The notes beneath the pieces were generated by a model. The model saw only the letters and a list, made by a program, of their open reading frames with translations. It was not told where the DNA came from and ran no database searches. Shown piece by piece: positions 1 to 13,945 of a DNA stretch of 64,000 bases. Position 1 is the first letter of the stretch; each line of letters starts with the position of its first letter. Origin of the DNA: the human T2T-CHM13v2.0 reference genome, Homo sapiens. A program made the translations under genes and the position numbers. Location of the stretch: assembly GCF_009914755.1 (NCBI RefSeq), contig NC_060944.1; one strand, given 5' to 3'.

Positions 1-59
1 GGCAACTCCAGGAGGAAGGCATTATTTCTTGTTCTGATAAGTGGTGGTCAGGTCCAGTT

Positions 60-495
60 TGCACTCATGAAAGTTCAGTCTTTGGGATGTGCAGTTCCAT
101 GGGTCTGAACCAATGTGCTGTGGCTACTTCACTACTTCAGCACCTCAGGTAGCAGCTTCTTCATCCTCAAGGTCACCAGTGTTTCTCCTTTGTTGTCAAA
201 CTCTCTCCACTCTGTCAGCCCCTGGAAACCACTGATTTTTTCTTAGTCCCTATGGTTTAGCCTTTTTCAGGATGGCCTATGAATTGGAACCATGCAGTGG
301 GTAGTTTTTGGGTCTGGCTTCTTTCACTTAGCAAAATGCAGCTAAGCTTCATTTATATTACTGTAGGTTCAATGGTGTCTTCCCTTTTATCACAGTTGTT
401 TATGGGTGTACCACCATTTCTTTATTCATTCCCTTGTTGAAGATCATCTTGGTTGCTTCCAAAGTTTAGTGATTATGAATAAAGCAGTGAATGTG
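60..495 (-). mobile_element. Old L1 (L1MC/L1ME-type) 3' region fragment
   Basis: Antisense L1M 3'-end motifs 'cccctggaaaccactgat', 'tctggcttctttcacttagc', 'catcttggttgcttccaaagttt...tatgaataaagc'; boundaries approximate. Confidence 0.65.
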
Positions 496-524
496 GCCTG
501 AAAAAAAAAAGGAAGAAAAACACT

Positions 525-1047
525 GTTAGCAATTTTGTTTGGGATTATATACTAATTTGGAGGAGAACTAACTTCTTTTTGATATTGTCTTCCCATCCAA
601 GGTAATCCGTTTAATTTAGGTCACTGTCTCCAGCTTTTGATTACATTTGTTAGTTTTCCTCATTAAGGACTTTCGTGTCTTTTATTCAACTTTTTTATTT
701 CTAAATATTTAGATGTTTTTTGTTGCTACTGTGCTTTGTATTTTTTCCCTGATTAAATGTTCTAAGGATTTTTTTTTCTGATGTTTAAAGGGACTTTTAA
801 TTTCTGCATATTTACCTTTGTCCAGCAACTTTGCTGAACTTAAAAGCTTTTAATAGTTTGGATATTTTCGTGTGTTTTATGTTTAGGCAATCATGTGATA
901 CGATTTTACTTCTTATATCTTTTATTTCTTTTGTCATCTTAATTTATTATACAACTCAGAAATCTAGACCAATGTTGAATTGAAGCAATGATAGCAGAAA
1001 TCCTTTCTTTTCCCCCTATTAAAGTAATGCATCAATCTATTCCAATT
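525..1047 (-). mobile_element. Degenerate ancient L1 ORF2-derived fragment
   Basis: T-rich antisense L1 motifs 'aatttggaggagaactaac', 'tcttcccatccaa', 'ccagcaactttgctgaact', 'aatgttgaat'. Confidence 0.55.
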
Positions 1048-1060
1048 AAGAATGATTTCT

Positions 1061-2003
<943 letters not shown>

Positions 2004-2809
2004 TGATTCTTACTGTAGATTATTTGGTAGGTACCCTATTACTAAGGTCTTTGGCACCCAAATCTAAGTGTTGGTATGTTTTCTTTTGGACTGTTCAGTT
2101 TCACTAGGGTGGAACATTTAATCCTTTGCCTGCGGGTTAGGCCTGGCAGTCAAACGTTCTCAGTGCCAAGACAAGAAGGGCATTTGTAATCTTATCATGA
2201 AATTATTTCTCTGTTTTCACTTTGGCTCCTCATCCCTGCCCTTCACTGTGCTTCTTCTCGTAGATAAGAGCCTATCTGAAATGGCCCTTCCTGGGAGTAG
2301 ATCCATCTTTTGTTAGGCTTGAGAGGCTCTGTGTAACAGGGAACAAGTTTCTTAGAATTTAAGACAAATTGTTGTTTTTCAATGCTTTTCATCATTGGGC
2401 TTCCATAGGTACTTGATGCCTCCATTTCAGGTATTTCTGGGTTTCTCCTATGTGAGTCAGACACTTCATATTGCCTTCTTAACCCCACAGACTGGCTGCT
2501 AGTTTTCAGCTTTTTCTGCTCTGTTGAGCCAGTTACCACTCATCCATCTGTGTTCCTTCTTCCAAAACTTTCTTGACATTTCTCCTTTCTTCTTCTCTTA
2601 CTTTGTGTTTGTATGTTTATTCCTTTTTAAAATTCCTTTTTGGGGCTTTAGGGGGAAGTAAGGATAAATAATTGGATTGAGTTTCTATGTTTAACTGGAA
2701 GTCCTGATTTATCTTTTCATCCCTTTCTTTCATAATTTCTATTTCATCTATGTCATCACATCTACCACAAATAGCATAGAACTGGATAAAAATCTGATTA
2801 AAAATTCAA

Positions 2810-3055
2810 TCTTAGAATCTTTGTTTTTTTAATCAGTGAGTTTAACTCATTTACATTTATTGAGAGTATGGTTATACTTGAATTTATTTACATTACATTA
2901 CTTCATATTTTTTAAATACCTTGTATTTTTCCTACTTTTCTCTCTTTTTCTGGTGTCTATTTTATTGAGTTTTTTATATTCCCTGTTTTCTCCTCTCTAT
3001 TAGTTTAGAAATCATAGCTTCTATTTCCATGGTTTTAGGGGTTATACTTAAATGT
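2810..3055 (-). mobile_element. Ancient L1ME/HAL1-like relic (probably continuing at about 4300-5750 between younger insertions)
   Basis: Motif 'gagtttaactcatttacatttattg' and downstream 'gctgggtacagagttttaagg', typical of antisense old L1/HAL1; highly diverged. Confidence 0.4.
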
Positions 3056-3057
3056 TA

Positions 3058-3835
3058 AATCAGTAAGAAAAAACAAACCATTCCATTAAAAAGTGGGCTC
3101 AGGACATGAATAGACAATTCTCAAAAGAAGATATGCAAATGGCCAACAAACATATGAAAAAATGCTCAACACCACTAATAATCAGAGAAATGTAAATCAA
3201 AACCACAATGCGTTACCACCTTACTCCTGAAGAATGGCCATAATGAAAAAATCAAAAAACAGATGTTGGCATGGATGCGGTGAACAGGGAACACTTCTAC
3301 ACTGCTGGTGGGAATGTAAACTAGTATAGCCCCTATGGAAAACAGTGTGGAGATACCTCAAAGAACTAAAAGTAGAACTACCATTTGATCCAGCAATCCC
3401 ACTACTGGGTATCTACCCAGAGGAAAATAAGTCATTATTCGAGAAAGATACTTGCACACACGTTTATAGCAACACAATTCACAATAGCAAAATTGTGGAA
3501 CCAACCCAAATGCCCATCAATCAACAAGTGGATAAAGAAACTGTGATATTTATATATTTGGGAATGGAAAACCAAACATCGTATGTTCTCACTGATATGT
3601 GGGAGCTAAGCTTTGAGAATGCAAAGGCATAAGAATGATACAATGGACTTTAGGGACTTTGGGGGAAGAGTGGGAGGGGGTACAAAGAATAAAAGACTAC
3701 AAATACAGTGCAGTGTATACTGCTCGGGTGATGGGTGCATCAAAATCTCACGTATCACCACCAAAGAACTTACTCATGTAACCAAATACCACCTGTACCT
3801 CATTAACTTATGGAAAAATAAAGAAAATTTAAAAA
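3058..3835 (+). mobile_element. L1PB1-like 3' fragment (end of ORF2 plus 3'UTR) with internal deletion
   Basis: ORF2 3' sequence (ORF 3345-3632 begins [24 protein letters not shown]) and L1PB-type 3'UTR 'gggagctaagc...gcaaaggcataagaatgatacaatggact...accaaataccacctgtacc', A-rich tail. Confidence 0.9.
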
Positions 3836-3941
3836 ATTTACATACTTTATTCAACCAAATTTAAACTTAACCAACGCCCCTACCCTTATCCTGATCAAAA
3901 CAAGCTCCTTAGAATCATTAAATCTGATTACCAATTCTTGA

Positions 3942-4327
<386 letters not shown>

Positions 4328-4789
4328 TAGCTATACATTTTTCTCTATACCCAAATGAGTCATTATTGATTATTATTATTATTATTATTGTAACTGTGTT
4401 TTTAACATTTATTTGCTCACAATTGCTTCTTGCATTTAGCATTTTTCTTCTGGGTTCAGTTGATCTATTACTGAAGAACATGATTTAGTAGTTATTTCAG
4501 TAAAAGTCTGTGTAATATATTCTCTTTAGATAACTAAAAACGTATTTTTTTTTCACTTTTCATTTTGAAATCATGGTTAGCTGGGTACAGAGTTTTAAGG
4601 CCATAGCTAGCTCTTTCTACACATTGAAGGTATTTTCCATTTTCTCTGATACCCGTTATTGCTTTGGAAAAGTATTCTGATTGTTCTTTGTAGTTAATTT
4701 CTCCCCATTTTTTTTCCTGTAAGACTGTCTTTTTTTATTTTTCAGATTTGTTAAAATATATCTAGGCATGGTTTTATTTTTATAGTTGT

Positions 4790-5085
4790 TTTATTTATTT
4801 ATTTGAGACAGAGTCTCACTCTATTACCTAGACCGTAGTGCAGTGGCACAGTCATGACTCACTGCAGCCTTAATTTCCCAGGCTCAAGTGATCCTCCCAC
4901 CTCAGCCTCCTGAAAAGTCAGGACTACAGGTGCACACCACCACGACCAGTTAATTAATTTTTTTTTCCATAGAGATGGGGTCTCTCTATGTTGCCCAGAC
5001 TGGTTTCAAACTCCTGGGCTCATGTGATCATCCTGCTTTGGCCTCCCAAAGTATTGGGATTATGAGTGTGAGCCACCGTGCCTGG
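4790..5085 (-). mobile_element. AluJ
   Basis: Antisense Alu with J-type 'gctcaagtgatcctcccacctcagcc' and 'aactcctgggctca'. Confidence 0.9.
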
Positions 5086-7996
5086 TTATATTTTATGCTT
5101 GCAAGATTAAAACAAAACATTTTTGGTGTGAATTTATTTCTATGTTTTATGCTTACAGGTTTTGTGCTTCTTTAATCTGAGGAGTTATATTTTTCAATTC
5201 TTAGAAATTCCTATCATCTTCTCAAATATCACCTCTGTATTTTTTTGGGATGGGGGGAACCTCCAGTTTTTTGTAAGTTAGATCTTCTCATTCTGCTGCA
5301 TGTTTCCACATGTCTAATTTAAAAGAAAAATTTGTCTCTGGATAATTCTTTCTTCTCTATTTTCTATAATATGAATTCTTTCGATTTAACCAATCTGTGT
5401 TTTAACTATCTGTTGAGATTTAATTTCAATTTGACTCGTTCTTTCTCCAAACTTTTCAGCTATTTTTTTTCCTGAGAGTATTCTGTTCTTTTGTTATAGT
5501 GTCCATGTTTTTTTCTTAGCTCTTTATTAAAAACATATTTTTTCCTAATCTTTCTCAGATTATTTTACTATCTCAAATTCTTGGTATGATACATATTCCA
5601 GTTTGTTGTATCTGCTGGCTTTCTCTAATAGTGGATTTTTTTCCTCACGTGGTGTATAATTTTTGAATGTGAATTTATTTTCATCAGGGTTTAAAAATGG
5701 TTTGCATGTGTGTGTATGTGTTGTGTGCAGCCTACACTACAGTTTTGTTTTGCCTATGCCTAATGCCCTTGGGATTTTTAGGCTATCCGATCAGCCTGGA
5801 ACTCTGGCATCACTTGAATAGTGTAACTCTAGAACTGCTCAGGCTTGACATTTTAATTTTTTTATGAGAAAATTCTATTTTATTTCACTCAACATTTTGG
5901 GAAAAAATAAACTTCCTTGATGCATCCCTAGGCCAAAACACTGATTATTTAAATTTTTAACACAGCAGCTAATATTATCAGTGTAAGTAAAAAATTTATT
6001 AGGGAAGCTACTTAGCACTAACTGAAGTGCGGGAGTCCACTGTGAATTAATCTTGCAGATGGTCTTTCTGATCACTGATTCTCAAGGGGTTGTAAAGCAG
6101 GACTAGTGAGAGAGAAGCAAAACAAGTGCATCCTGAGGGTCTTTTAGGGGATAATAGCTCCTTTGACATATTCTTTAGTGGTTCCAAGACTAAATTGTCT
6201 TTTTTTAAGTTCATTTCTGAAAGTCAGTAATTGATGCGATTCCTTTGAGTTTTCTGGTTTATATTCCCCTCTCCTTGGAATTGTTCTTTCTGTGAAGATG
6301 CCCTGCCTGTACTGTATATGACCGACTTCAGTTTTCATATCAGGTTTCACCTTTTTCTTCTTTGCTATTTTGGTAATCATCAGTGATGTATTATCCCCAA
6401 TGGCCAGTCTCCATGTGTGGTGTCTTATCTAATCTAAATTTCTCTAAATATTATTTAAGCCTCAGAATTCCAAGTTACACTGTTCTCTCCTCTTTCTGGT
6501 GTTCATTGTTCTTAGAGTTAGTAACACATCATTTAGCACTTTATTATTTCCTGCTTGTATTGCTCAAGTTACAGTGAATGACTTAAAATTTGGGGTCATA
6601 TGTTGGGGGAATCTTTGTAGTTTAGATCAATCTAATTCATGATATTGTGAGAAACAAATATTTCTCCTTTCTGAGACATATTTCTTAGGCTCCTAGGCAT
6701 ATACATTGTTCATATCAATTGTCAAAGTACAATCTAGCTATTTTAAAAATAAATGGTGGAGGGCTATGAATATTCTTTCCCTCCTTATTAGGACTAGAAA
6801 TACAATTTACTAAATTTGCTCTGCTTTCCGCCTTGTTTGTTCTTTACTAAGCAAAATATATTATTGGTAGTATGTAAATGATAAATGCAAACAAAGTAGC
6901 TCTTTTAAGTTATAAAACTACATTTGCTGTCAAGCCAGAGGAATGAGATAATATGCCTACATTAATAGAAAGTATCACTAGTTTTTATGTTTTAAAGTTT
7001 CTACTTTAGAATTTATTGAGATTATCTCAGACAGCATTAAATGTGAGGTTTTCAATGATGGCTTTTTTCCTGATTTTTATTGTGGTCTTTTCTAATATAC
7101 CTATTAGAGAACTGACATATTTCTACTTTTTCTCACAAATAAAGGACAATAGCATTATTTAAGTGCTAACAGGTATTTATAGAGATGCATGCATGTTTGT
7201 CCAGTTCACTTTCTTTTTCTTTATTAGACACAGAATTTGAAGAGAAATATAGACATTCTAGTCAAACAATTAACATGTGAGCAGAATATATTGGTTTTTC
7301 TTTAAAAAGTCAGAATTTCTTCCATATTCCCTAAAGTGTGTTATTAATTCTCTTGGCAAGTTACACAGCAGAATGAAGTATTTATGAATGTGGCTACTTC
7401 TTTTAACAAGTTCCAATAACTGCTTCCTAAACCTTGTGTTTTTATATCAATTACATACAGTAAGCACTGAAATCAACCAAAGAGAACTGCAGAGGCCAAC
7501 TTGAGATATTCTCATTAAATGAGGACTGCTGCCTGCCAAAAGTAAAATGTGGATATAATTTTATAACACCATTTTATAATTAAAGTCATAAGTGAGGTTT
7601 CCTGCTATTGTTGAAAAATGTGTCATGATAAATTTAAATCAAAGATACAGGCAAAGAAAGGTCTGCAAAGTAACAGATGAAGGCAACTCAGATGGTACAG
7701 AAACAAGGCCTGGTGCAGAAAAGAAACACATGCAAACAATTTTACTGAAATAATTACATTTATTGTAGATGGATTTCTGTTTTAGAAACGATAACCACTT
7801 AGAAACGGTTTTCATTCATGTCAGATTGAGGTTAACTTGTTGGTACTGTCTGTCTATAGAAAGATTCTTTTTTACCAGCAGGGAAATTTAATACATTGAT
7901 TTAGTGATAAGACCATATCTTCTGACCAAACACCCACCAAAAAAAGTTCTCTAAAACTGAAGAATGTGACTGTAACATGTGGAAGTCCACAGTAGT

Positions 7997-8192
7997 TAGC
8001 ATTGCCAGATTTAGCAAATAAAAAATACAGGACACTCAGTTGAATTTAAATTTCAGATAAGCAAGGAATACTTTTTTTTAGTATAAGTATGTACCAAATA
8101 TTACGTGAGACATACTTATGCTAAAAATATATTTGTGGCTTACCTGAAATTCAAATATAACTGGGTGTTCTGTATTTCACCTGGCAACCTTA
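7997..8192. mobile_element. MER53 palindromic non-autonomous DNA transposon
   Basis: Termini TAGCATTGCCAG...CTGGCAACCTTA; internal inverted arms 'tagtataagtatgt' / 'acatacttatgcta' and 'tgaatttaaatttcagataa' / 'ttacctgaaattcaaatataa'. Confidence 0.9.
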
Positions 8193-8960
8193 ATACAGAT
8201 AAAATACAAATTTTGGCAATGAATTTTGTATTTTTGAACTAAATATTTGAAAGAGAATAAATACAACTGATCAGAGCAGAGAACGAGGTAAATTTATTTT
8301 TGTACTGTCAGCCTATTAAATTTCTAACATTCCCAGTTATGTCAATGATGATTTCTGTTCAGTGATGAGGAAGATTTTTGCCCTGCTGCTGGACCCGCTT
8401 TGCTGGTGAACACAGCCCATTTAAAAGAGCTTCTCTCCAAAGGAGACATGTTGATTCACATACATGGATAGATTTAATCATTGTGACATTCCTGGCTTTA
8501 GTAAGTCATGTTCGTCTAATGTGAAGCCTGTTCCCAATGTATCAATTCATTCATCTTGTCTCTAATACAAGCCATGTGTTTCATATGGGAGTTGAAAGGA
8601 CATTAATCAGAATCTCCCCCTCAACCAGTCCAAGGGGATGCAAAGTCTGTGGTTACATCTCAAATGTCAAGATATGGGGAAATGGAAATAACATTCAAAG
8701 CATCTCACTTGTAATCCATACCGTTGTTACAATTGCTATGAAATATGTTGGGGACGGGAAGGCAGTGTACCATAAAGCAGTGTCTGTTCAGTGGAAACTG
8801 GTTGGAAGGGGTTGAAGGAGCTGTATCTGCTTTTCCGCAGCAGACACAACTCCCATGGAATCTATGAGAAGGCAGAAATTGGTATCCAAACTTTTGTTGC
8901 GTTCCTTTAAGAGTAGGGGAAATGTATAGTCATCTATACCTCAATTTTCCTGTTATAGGT

Positions 8961-9137
8961 CAGTGGTTCTCCATCTTGGCTGCACATAGGAACCACCTGG
9001 CAATTTGTAGCACTCCCAATGCCAAGGTCACACCCAAGACCAATTAAATTATAATCTTTGGGGTGGGAACCCAGGCATCAGTTGTTATCAAAACTCCCCA
9101 GGTGGTGCCAATATGCAGCCATATGTAAGAACCGCTG
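8961..9137. mobile_element. MER5A1/MER5B-type hAT-Charlie MITE
   Basis: TIRs CAGTGGTTCTC...AGAACCGCTG; internal 'ggctgcaca...cacctgg', 'aaactccccaggtg'. Confidence 0.85.
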
Positions 9138-9448
9138 GATCAACAGGAAATTCTGGCTATAGACTTGGGAATACCTACTGACTTATTGTCATCTATGGCA
9201 TTTGTTTCTTACCAATTTACCGTGTTATATCTGGCATCTACTCTTTATTTAAAAAACTGCTGGTTCATCATCATCAGCATCATATCATTATGATAATCTC
9301 TTATGCTCTTGGAGGAAAAATGACGGTAAATAATTAAACAACTTGTAATAAGATGTTAAAATGTAAAATGAATGAAATGCACCAGGTGCTGAGTTAGGTG
9401 GTCACAGAGGGCCTTCTCTATAGAGGACATTTAAGTAGAAATATAAAA

Positions 9449-9660
9449 CCATGGTTCTCAAAGTGCAGTCCCTACGGTGGTTCTCAAACTGTGGCCCTAG
9501 GACCAGCAGCCTCAAAGTCACCTGGAAACTTGGTCAAAATGCAAATTCTGAGGCCCTAACTCAGCATTTCTGAATCAGAAACTTGGGGGTTGTGTCTCGG
9601 ATACCTGTATTCTAAAATAAGATCTCCGAGGTGATTCTAATGCATAATCGAGTTTGAGGC
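9449..9660. mobile_element. MER5A hAT-Charlie MITE
   Basis: 'tggttctcaaa...ggaccagcagc...cacctggaaacttg...aaatgcaaattct...tgaatcagaaact...ggtgattctaatgca'; left terminus appears twice in tandem. Confidence 0.85.
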
Positions 9661-9939
9661 TATAAATATTTTTCCAAATATTGATTTACAGTATTCTACA
9701 GGAATTTCTATGTGTTTTCACTTATTTAAAATAATATGTAGTTTCAATTTTAATCTGCCTTAAGATTAATACAGATACATGTTCTAAAATTCCAAGTTGG
9801 ATTTTTTTTTATTGTTGATTTCCAGTTTTTTTTTAATTGCATTTAGATAACATGACACGGGTGATCTTTAGTTTTTGGGTTTAACTGAACATTTCCTTGG
9901 GGCCATCCAGACCAATTTTGCAATGTTTCATAGGTTTTT

Positions 9940-10266
<327 letters not shown>

Positions 10267-10889
10267 TGAAGAGTATGTGTATTTGTATCTATTAATTCAG
10301 GCTTGCAAATTCAGTTATTTATTTATTGTGTGCTTGATCTATTTCTGAATATGGAGAAGTGAAAGACTCCCATTTTGTCTGTGGTTTGCCAATTGTTCTT
10401 TGACTTTCCAACATTTTTGTTTTGTATATTTTGAAACTACGCCCTTACATAAAAATTTATGACTGTTATATCTTCTGGATAATTTTATTAGCATACACTG
10501 CACTTTATTAGCTTATATTATTCTACACTAGTGTTGTTTTTTCCATTGATTCTCTTTCATGTGACATTTAATTTGCTTTACATATCCTTTTTCATATTTC
10601 GTTTCACATCTTTGGTGTGTCTCTAAAAACATCAGACAGTAGGTATTCTTTAGCTTTGTTAATTTTAATACAATTTGTAAGTCTCTGTGTTTTTAACACC
10701 AGAAACAAACCATTCATATTAACTGTTTTTTGAGATTTTAAAACTGTCACCTTATTTTTGTTTACTACCTTTGAAATGTTTTATTTTTTTCTGACTTTTG
10801 ACCTGACTATACTTTTTGTGTGTGTACTCTGTCTTTAAACTGCTAGTAATTTTTTGGAAATAATATATCTGAAATAATTTTAAAACTTG

Positions 10890-11352
10890 TCTGTAAGTTC
10901 TTTGACATTTCCCAGTGAGAGATGGAGTCTGAATCCTTTCCTCTTGAACATGGGCCAACCTTAATGACTCACTTCTAACAGAGAATGTGGTAGAAGTGAT
11001 ATGAATAGCTTCCAAAGTGGGTTCACTAAAGGCATTACATATTCTTCTGCCTGGTGCATGCTCGCTCTCATTCTCTCTCTCTCTCTCTTTCTTTCTCTCT
11101 CTTCCTCTCTCTGTTAAGATACTTTCCATTGGAACCCAGCCACCATGCTTTCAGGAAGCCCAAGCTTCATGGAAAGGCCATGTCTAGGTGTTCCGGGTAA
11201 CAGCTTCTGCTGAGGTACCAGTGGAAAGTCAGCATCAGTTGCTGAATGTGTAAGTGGAGGCTTTATGCCTAGTTGTGCCCAGTTATTCCCCAAATCCTGA
11301 GCAATGAGAAAATGATTCTTGTTGTTTTAAGTTACAGCAATAGATACTGAAG
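10890..11352 (+). mobile_element. MLT1 (G/H-like) ERVL-MaLR solo LTR with internal (CT)n
   Basis: 'gatggagtct...cttgaa...tgactcacttctaacagagaatgtggtagaagtga', 'ggaacccagccaccatg...aggaagccca', 3' end 'ttgttttaag...acagcaatagatactga'. Confidence 0.8.
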
Positions 11353-12089
11353 AAAAATTTTATTTTTATTCTTCTATTGTTAAAGTAATTTCAAACATTT
11401 ATATAAATATAACATCAAACATTAATCAATAGTTATAACCTGTAATCAGAACAAGGCAATATTTTTAACAAAAAAAAGAGTGAGAGAAAGGAGGGATAAG
11501 AGAAAAGGAGAGAAGAGAGGGCACAAAACTAAAAGTAGCACACCAATGAACCTCCGGTCTACTCATTGGCAAAGAGCAAGAATGAGTATTATGAATTTGC
11601 AATGTGTCACTCAGAGTTGAGCATCTCATCAGGCTGAATGTGATTATAACATTTAAAGATATGTTATTTTCTGTATATTGTGCACTCTCAAGGCAAGTCA
11701 AGAACTTTATTTGGTGCTCAAGTGAAAAATTAAGATCCATTCCAATGCTGGAGAGAAAGCTGTCTCAAGAGGCAGCATCTTTATAGTCTTACGGTGATTG
11801 AAGACATTTTTAAGGTCAATGATGACGCCAGTCAATTTTTGCCTTGCATAATAACCTTTATGGCAACCCCCTTGGGAGCATGTCCGACCACATGGGGGTG
11901 GCTGTTTTTTAAGCTCCTGCAGGCTTGCTCCCTTCCCTGTTTGTGTTCTCTGCCTTGTTAACTCAGAGCTTGGAGATTCTTTGGGGGCTGTTTGGGGAAG
12001 AAGTTACTTTACCTATATAAACTCCTATGCAAGGTCTATTGTAGGGTGAGATTTTTCTCTGTTCTGTTTTCTATGTTAGTCTTTTTTGT

Positions 12090-12418
12090 TCCTTCTTCCT
12101 TCCTTCCTTCCTTCCTCTCTCTTTCTTCTTTCTTTTCTTTTCTTCTTTTCTTTTCTTTCTTTCTCTCTCTCTCTCCCCCTCCCTCCCTTCCTTCCTTCTT
12201 CCTTCCTTCCTCTCTCTCTTTCCTTCCTTCCTTCCTCTCTCTTTCTTTCCTTCCTTCCTTCCTCTCTCTCTTTCCTTCCTTCCTTCCTTCCTTCCTCCTT
12301 CCCTCCCTCCCTCCCTCCCTCCCTCCCTCCCTCCCTCCCTCCCTCCCTTCCTTCCTTCCTTCCTTCCTTCCTTCCTTCCTTCCTTCCTTCCTTCCTTCCT
12401 ACCTTCCTTCCTTCCTTC
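12090..12418. repeat. About 330-bp polypyrimidine tract of (TTCC)n/(TCCC)n/(TTTC)n
   Basis: Seen directly; includes (CCCT)11 at 12301-12344 and (CTTC)13 at 12347-12398. Confidence 0.98.
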
Positions 12419-12623
12419 GTCTTGCTCTGTCACCCAGTCTGGAGTGCAGTGGTGCCATCACGGCTTACTGCAGCCTTGCCTCCTGGGCTCAAGCAATCCT
12501 CCCATCTCAGCCTCCTGAGTAGCTGGGACCACAGTCATATGCCACCATGCCTGGTTAATTTTTTAATTTTTAGTAGAGGTGGGGTCTCGCTGTGTTGCCC
12601 AGTCTGGGCTTGAACTCCTGGGC
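12419..12623 (-). mobile_element. AluJ fragment (5'-truncated)
   Basis: 'gtcttgctctgtcacccag...gctcaagcaatcctccc...gaactcctggg'. Confidence 0.88.
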
Positions 12624-12871
12624 TTTTACATTAATCTAATTCCATCTGTCTACATTAAAATAATTCTTGTTTTTGAAACTGCCTATTAATCCGTTCTCCT
12701 TGTAAAAATTTCAAACCATAGAAAATTGTAAGAAAGATCTTCTTTGTCCAATCTAGAATAGATCTCAATCCCTTTCTTTCTCATCACTCTGTTAAATTTC
12801 TATTCAAATGTATTTTTTAGAGCTTGATTGTTGTTGCCCGTACATGTATACGTGCATAATTTGTACATGTG

Positions 12872-13832
12872 TGTCTTAGCTATCCAATGGTCTTTTTGCT
12901 GTTTTTACAAACAACACCAAACTGCGTGGCTCAAAACAACATTTATTTTATATCTCATGGTTCTATGGGTTGGCTGAGGAGTAGGAGGTCAGTTCTTCTA
13001 CCAGCCTTGCTTAGACTTCATGGATGAAAATGTCTACAACAATATTCTCCATTCTACATGCTCATCAAGAGTCTTTCCATGCCTGGATCAAATGGTTGAA
13101 TCCTTCTCTTGAGCTGGGTGGGCCATTGTGAATGGCTGAACTGATAGAGTATGGCAGAAGAGATGCTATGTGAATTTGAGAGTAGTTTATAAAAGATGCT
13201 GCTGCTTCCCCTGGCTCTCTTTTGGGACACTTGCATTTGGAACCCAGACACCATGTCTTGAAGAAACCCAGGCCAGATGAACCCTCAGACCTGGCTGAGA
13301 TTCCAGCTGATAGCCAGCACCAACTTGATACCCAAATAAGTGAGCCAGCTTGGATGTGAATCCTTCATTCCTCAGTCAAGTTTACTCCAGCTGATGCCAT
13401 AAGCAGCATCACATGGAGATGCCAGGCTCTGCCCAAATTGAAGATTCATAAGCAAAATAATGTTATTGTTTTGAGTCACTATGTTCTGGGATAGTTTGTT
13501 ATGCAGCAGTAGGGTAGACTGTCTTATGCAGTTGCAGTCAGAAGGTGGTGTGGAGTTGGATATATGATACCTTAGTATTCTTCCATAGGGCCTGTCATTC
13601 CAGAATGGGAGCCCGCTCACCTCTTGTGGCAGCTCAAAGCTTCATAAAAAAGGAAGTGAGAACTTCCAGCCCTTTTTGATGCCTGAGTTTGTGCATCCTG
13701 GAATGTCACTTTGTCCAGATTTCAGGGGAGGAAACATAAGCTCTACCTTCTGATGGGAGGAACAAGGAATGACATGTGTATACTGAAAGGGAAGGGATTG
13801 ACAGTGGCCATCTCTGGAAATCAGCTGACACA
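12872..13832 (-). mobile_element. Old MLT1 (I/J-like) LTR, split by a second MLT1 (pieces about 12872-13070 and 13522-13832)
   Basis: Antisense MLT1 3' end 'acaaacaacaccaaact...gtggctcaaaacaacatttatt...tctcatggttct' and 5' part 'ccagatttcaggggag...ctctaccttctgatgggagg...ggccatctctggaaatc'. Confidence 0.6.
13075..13521 (+). mobile_element. MLT1H-like solo LTR nested in an older MLT1
   Basis: 'tatggcagaagagatgctatgtga', 'ggaacccagacaccatg', 'gcccaaattgaagattcataagcaaaataa...ttgttttgagtcactatg...gtttgttatgcagca'. Confidence 0.75.
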
Positions 13833-13842
13833 CTGCCCCTTA

Positions 13843-13945
13843 TTAAAATATGAGGTCCATGAGGGCCCTAACCTTGTCTCCTCTGTTCACCATTGCATCT
13901 CCAGCACCTATTGCTGTATTTGACACATGCTATCTGTGAAAATGT
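13843..13945 (+). mobile_element. L2 3'-end relic
   Basis: 'gtccatgagggc...ttgtct...tgttcaccattgcatctccagcaccta'. Confidence 0.55.

Noticed and set aside
11992-12613. Three overlapping long ORFs (120-176 aa)
   Set aside because: Stop-free translation of the TTCC/TCCC simple repeat plus Alu; the same artefact occurs at 19647-20047.
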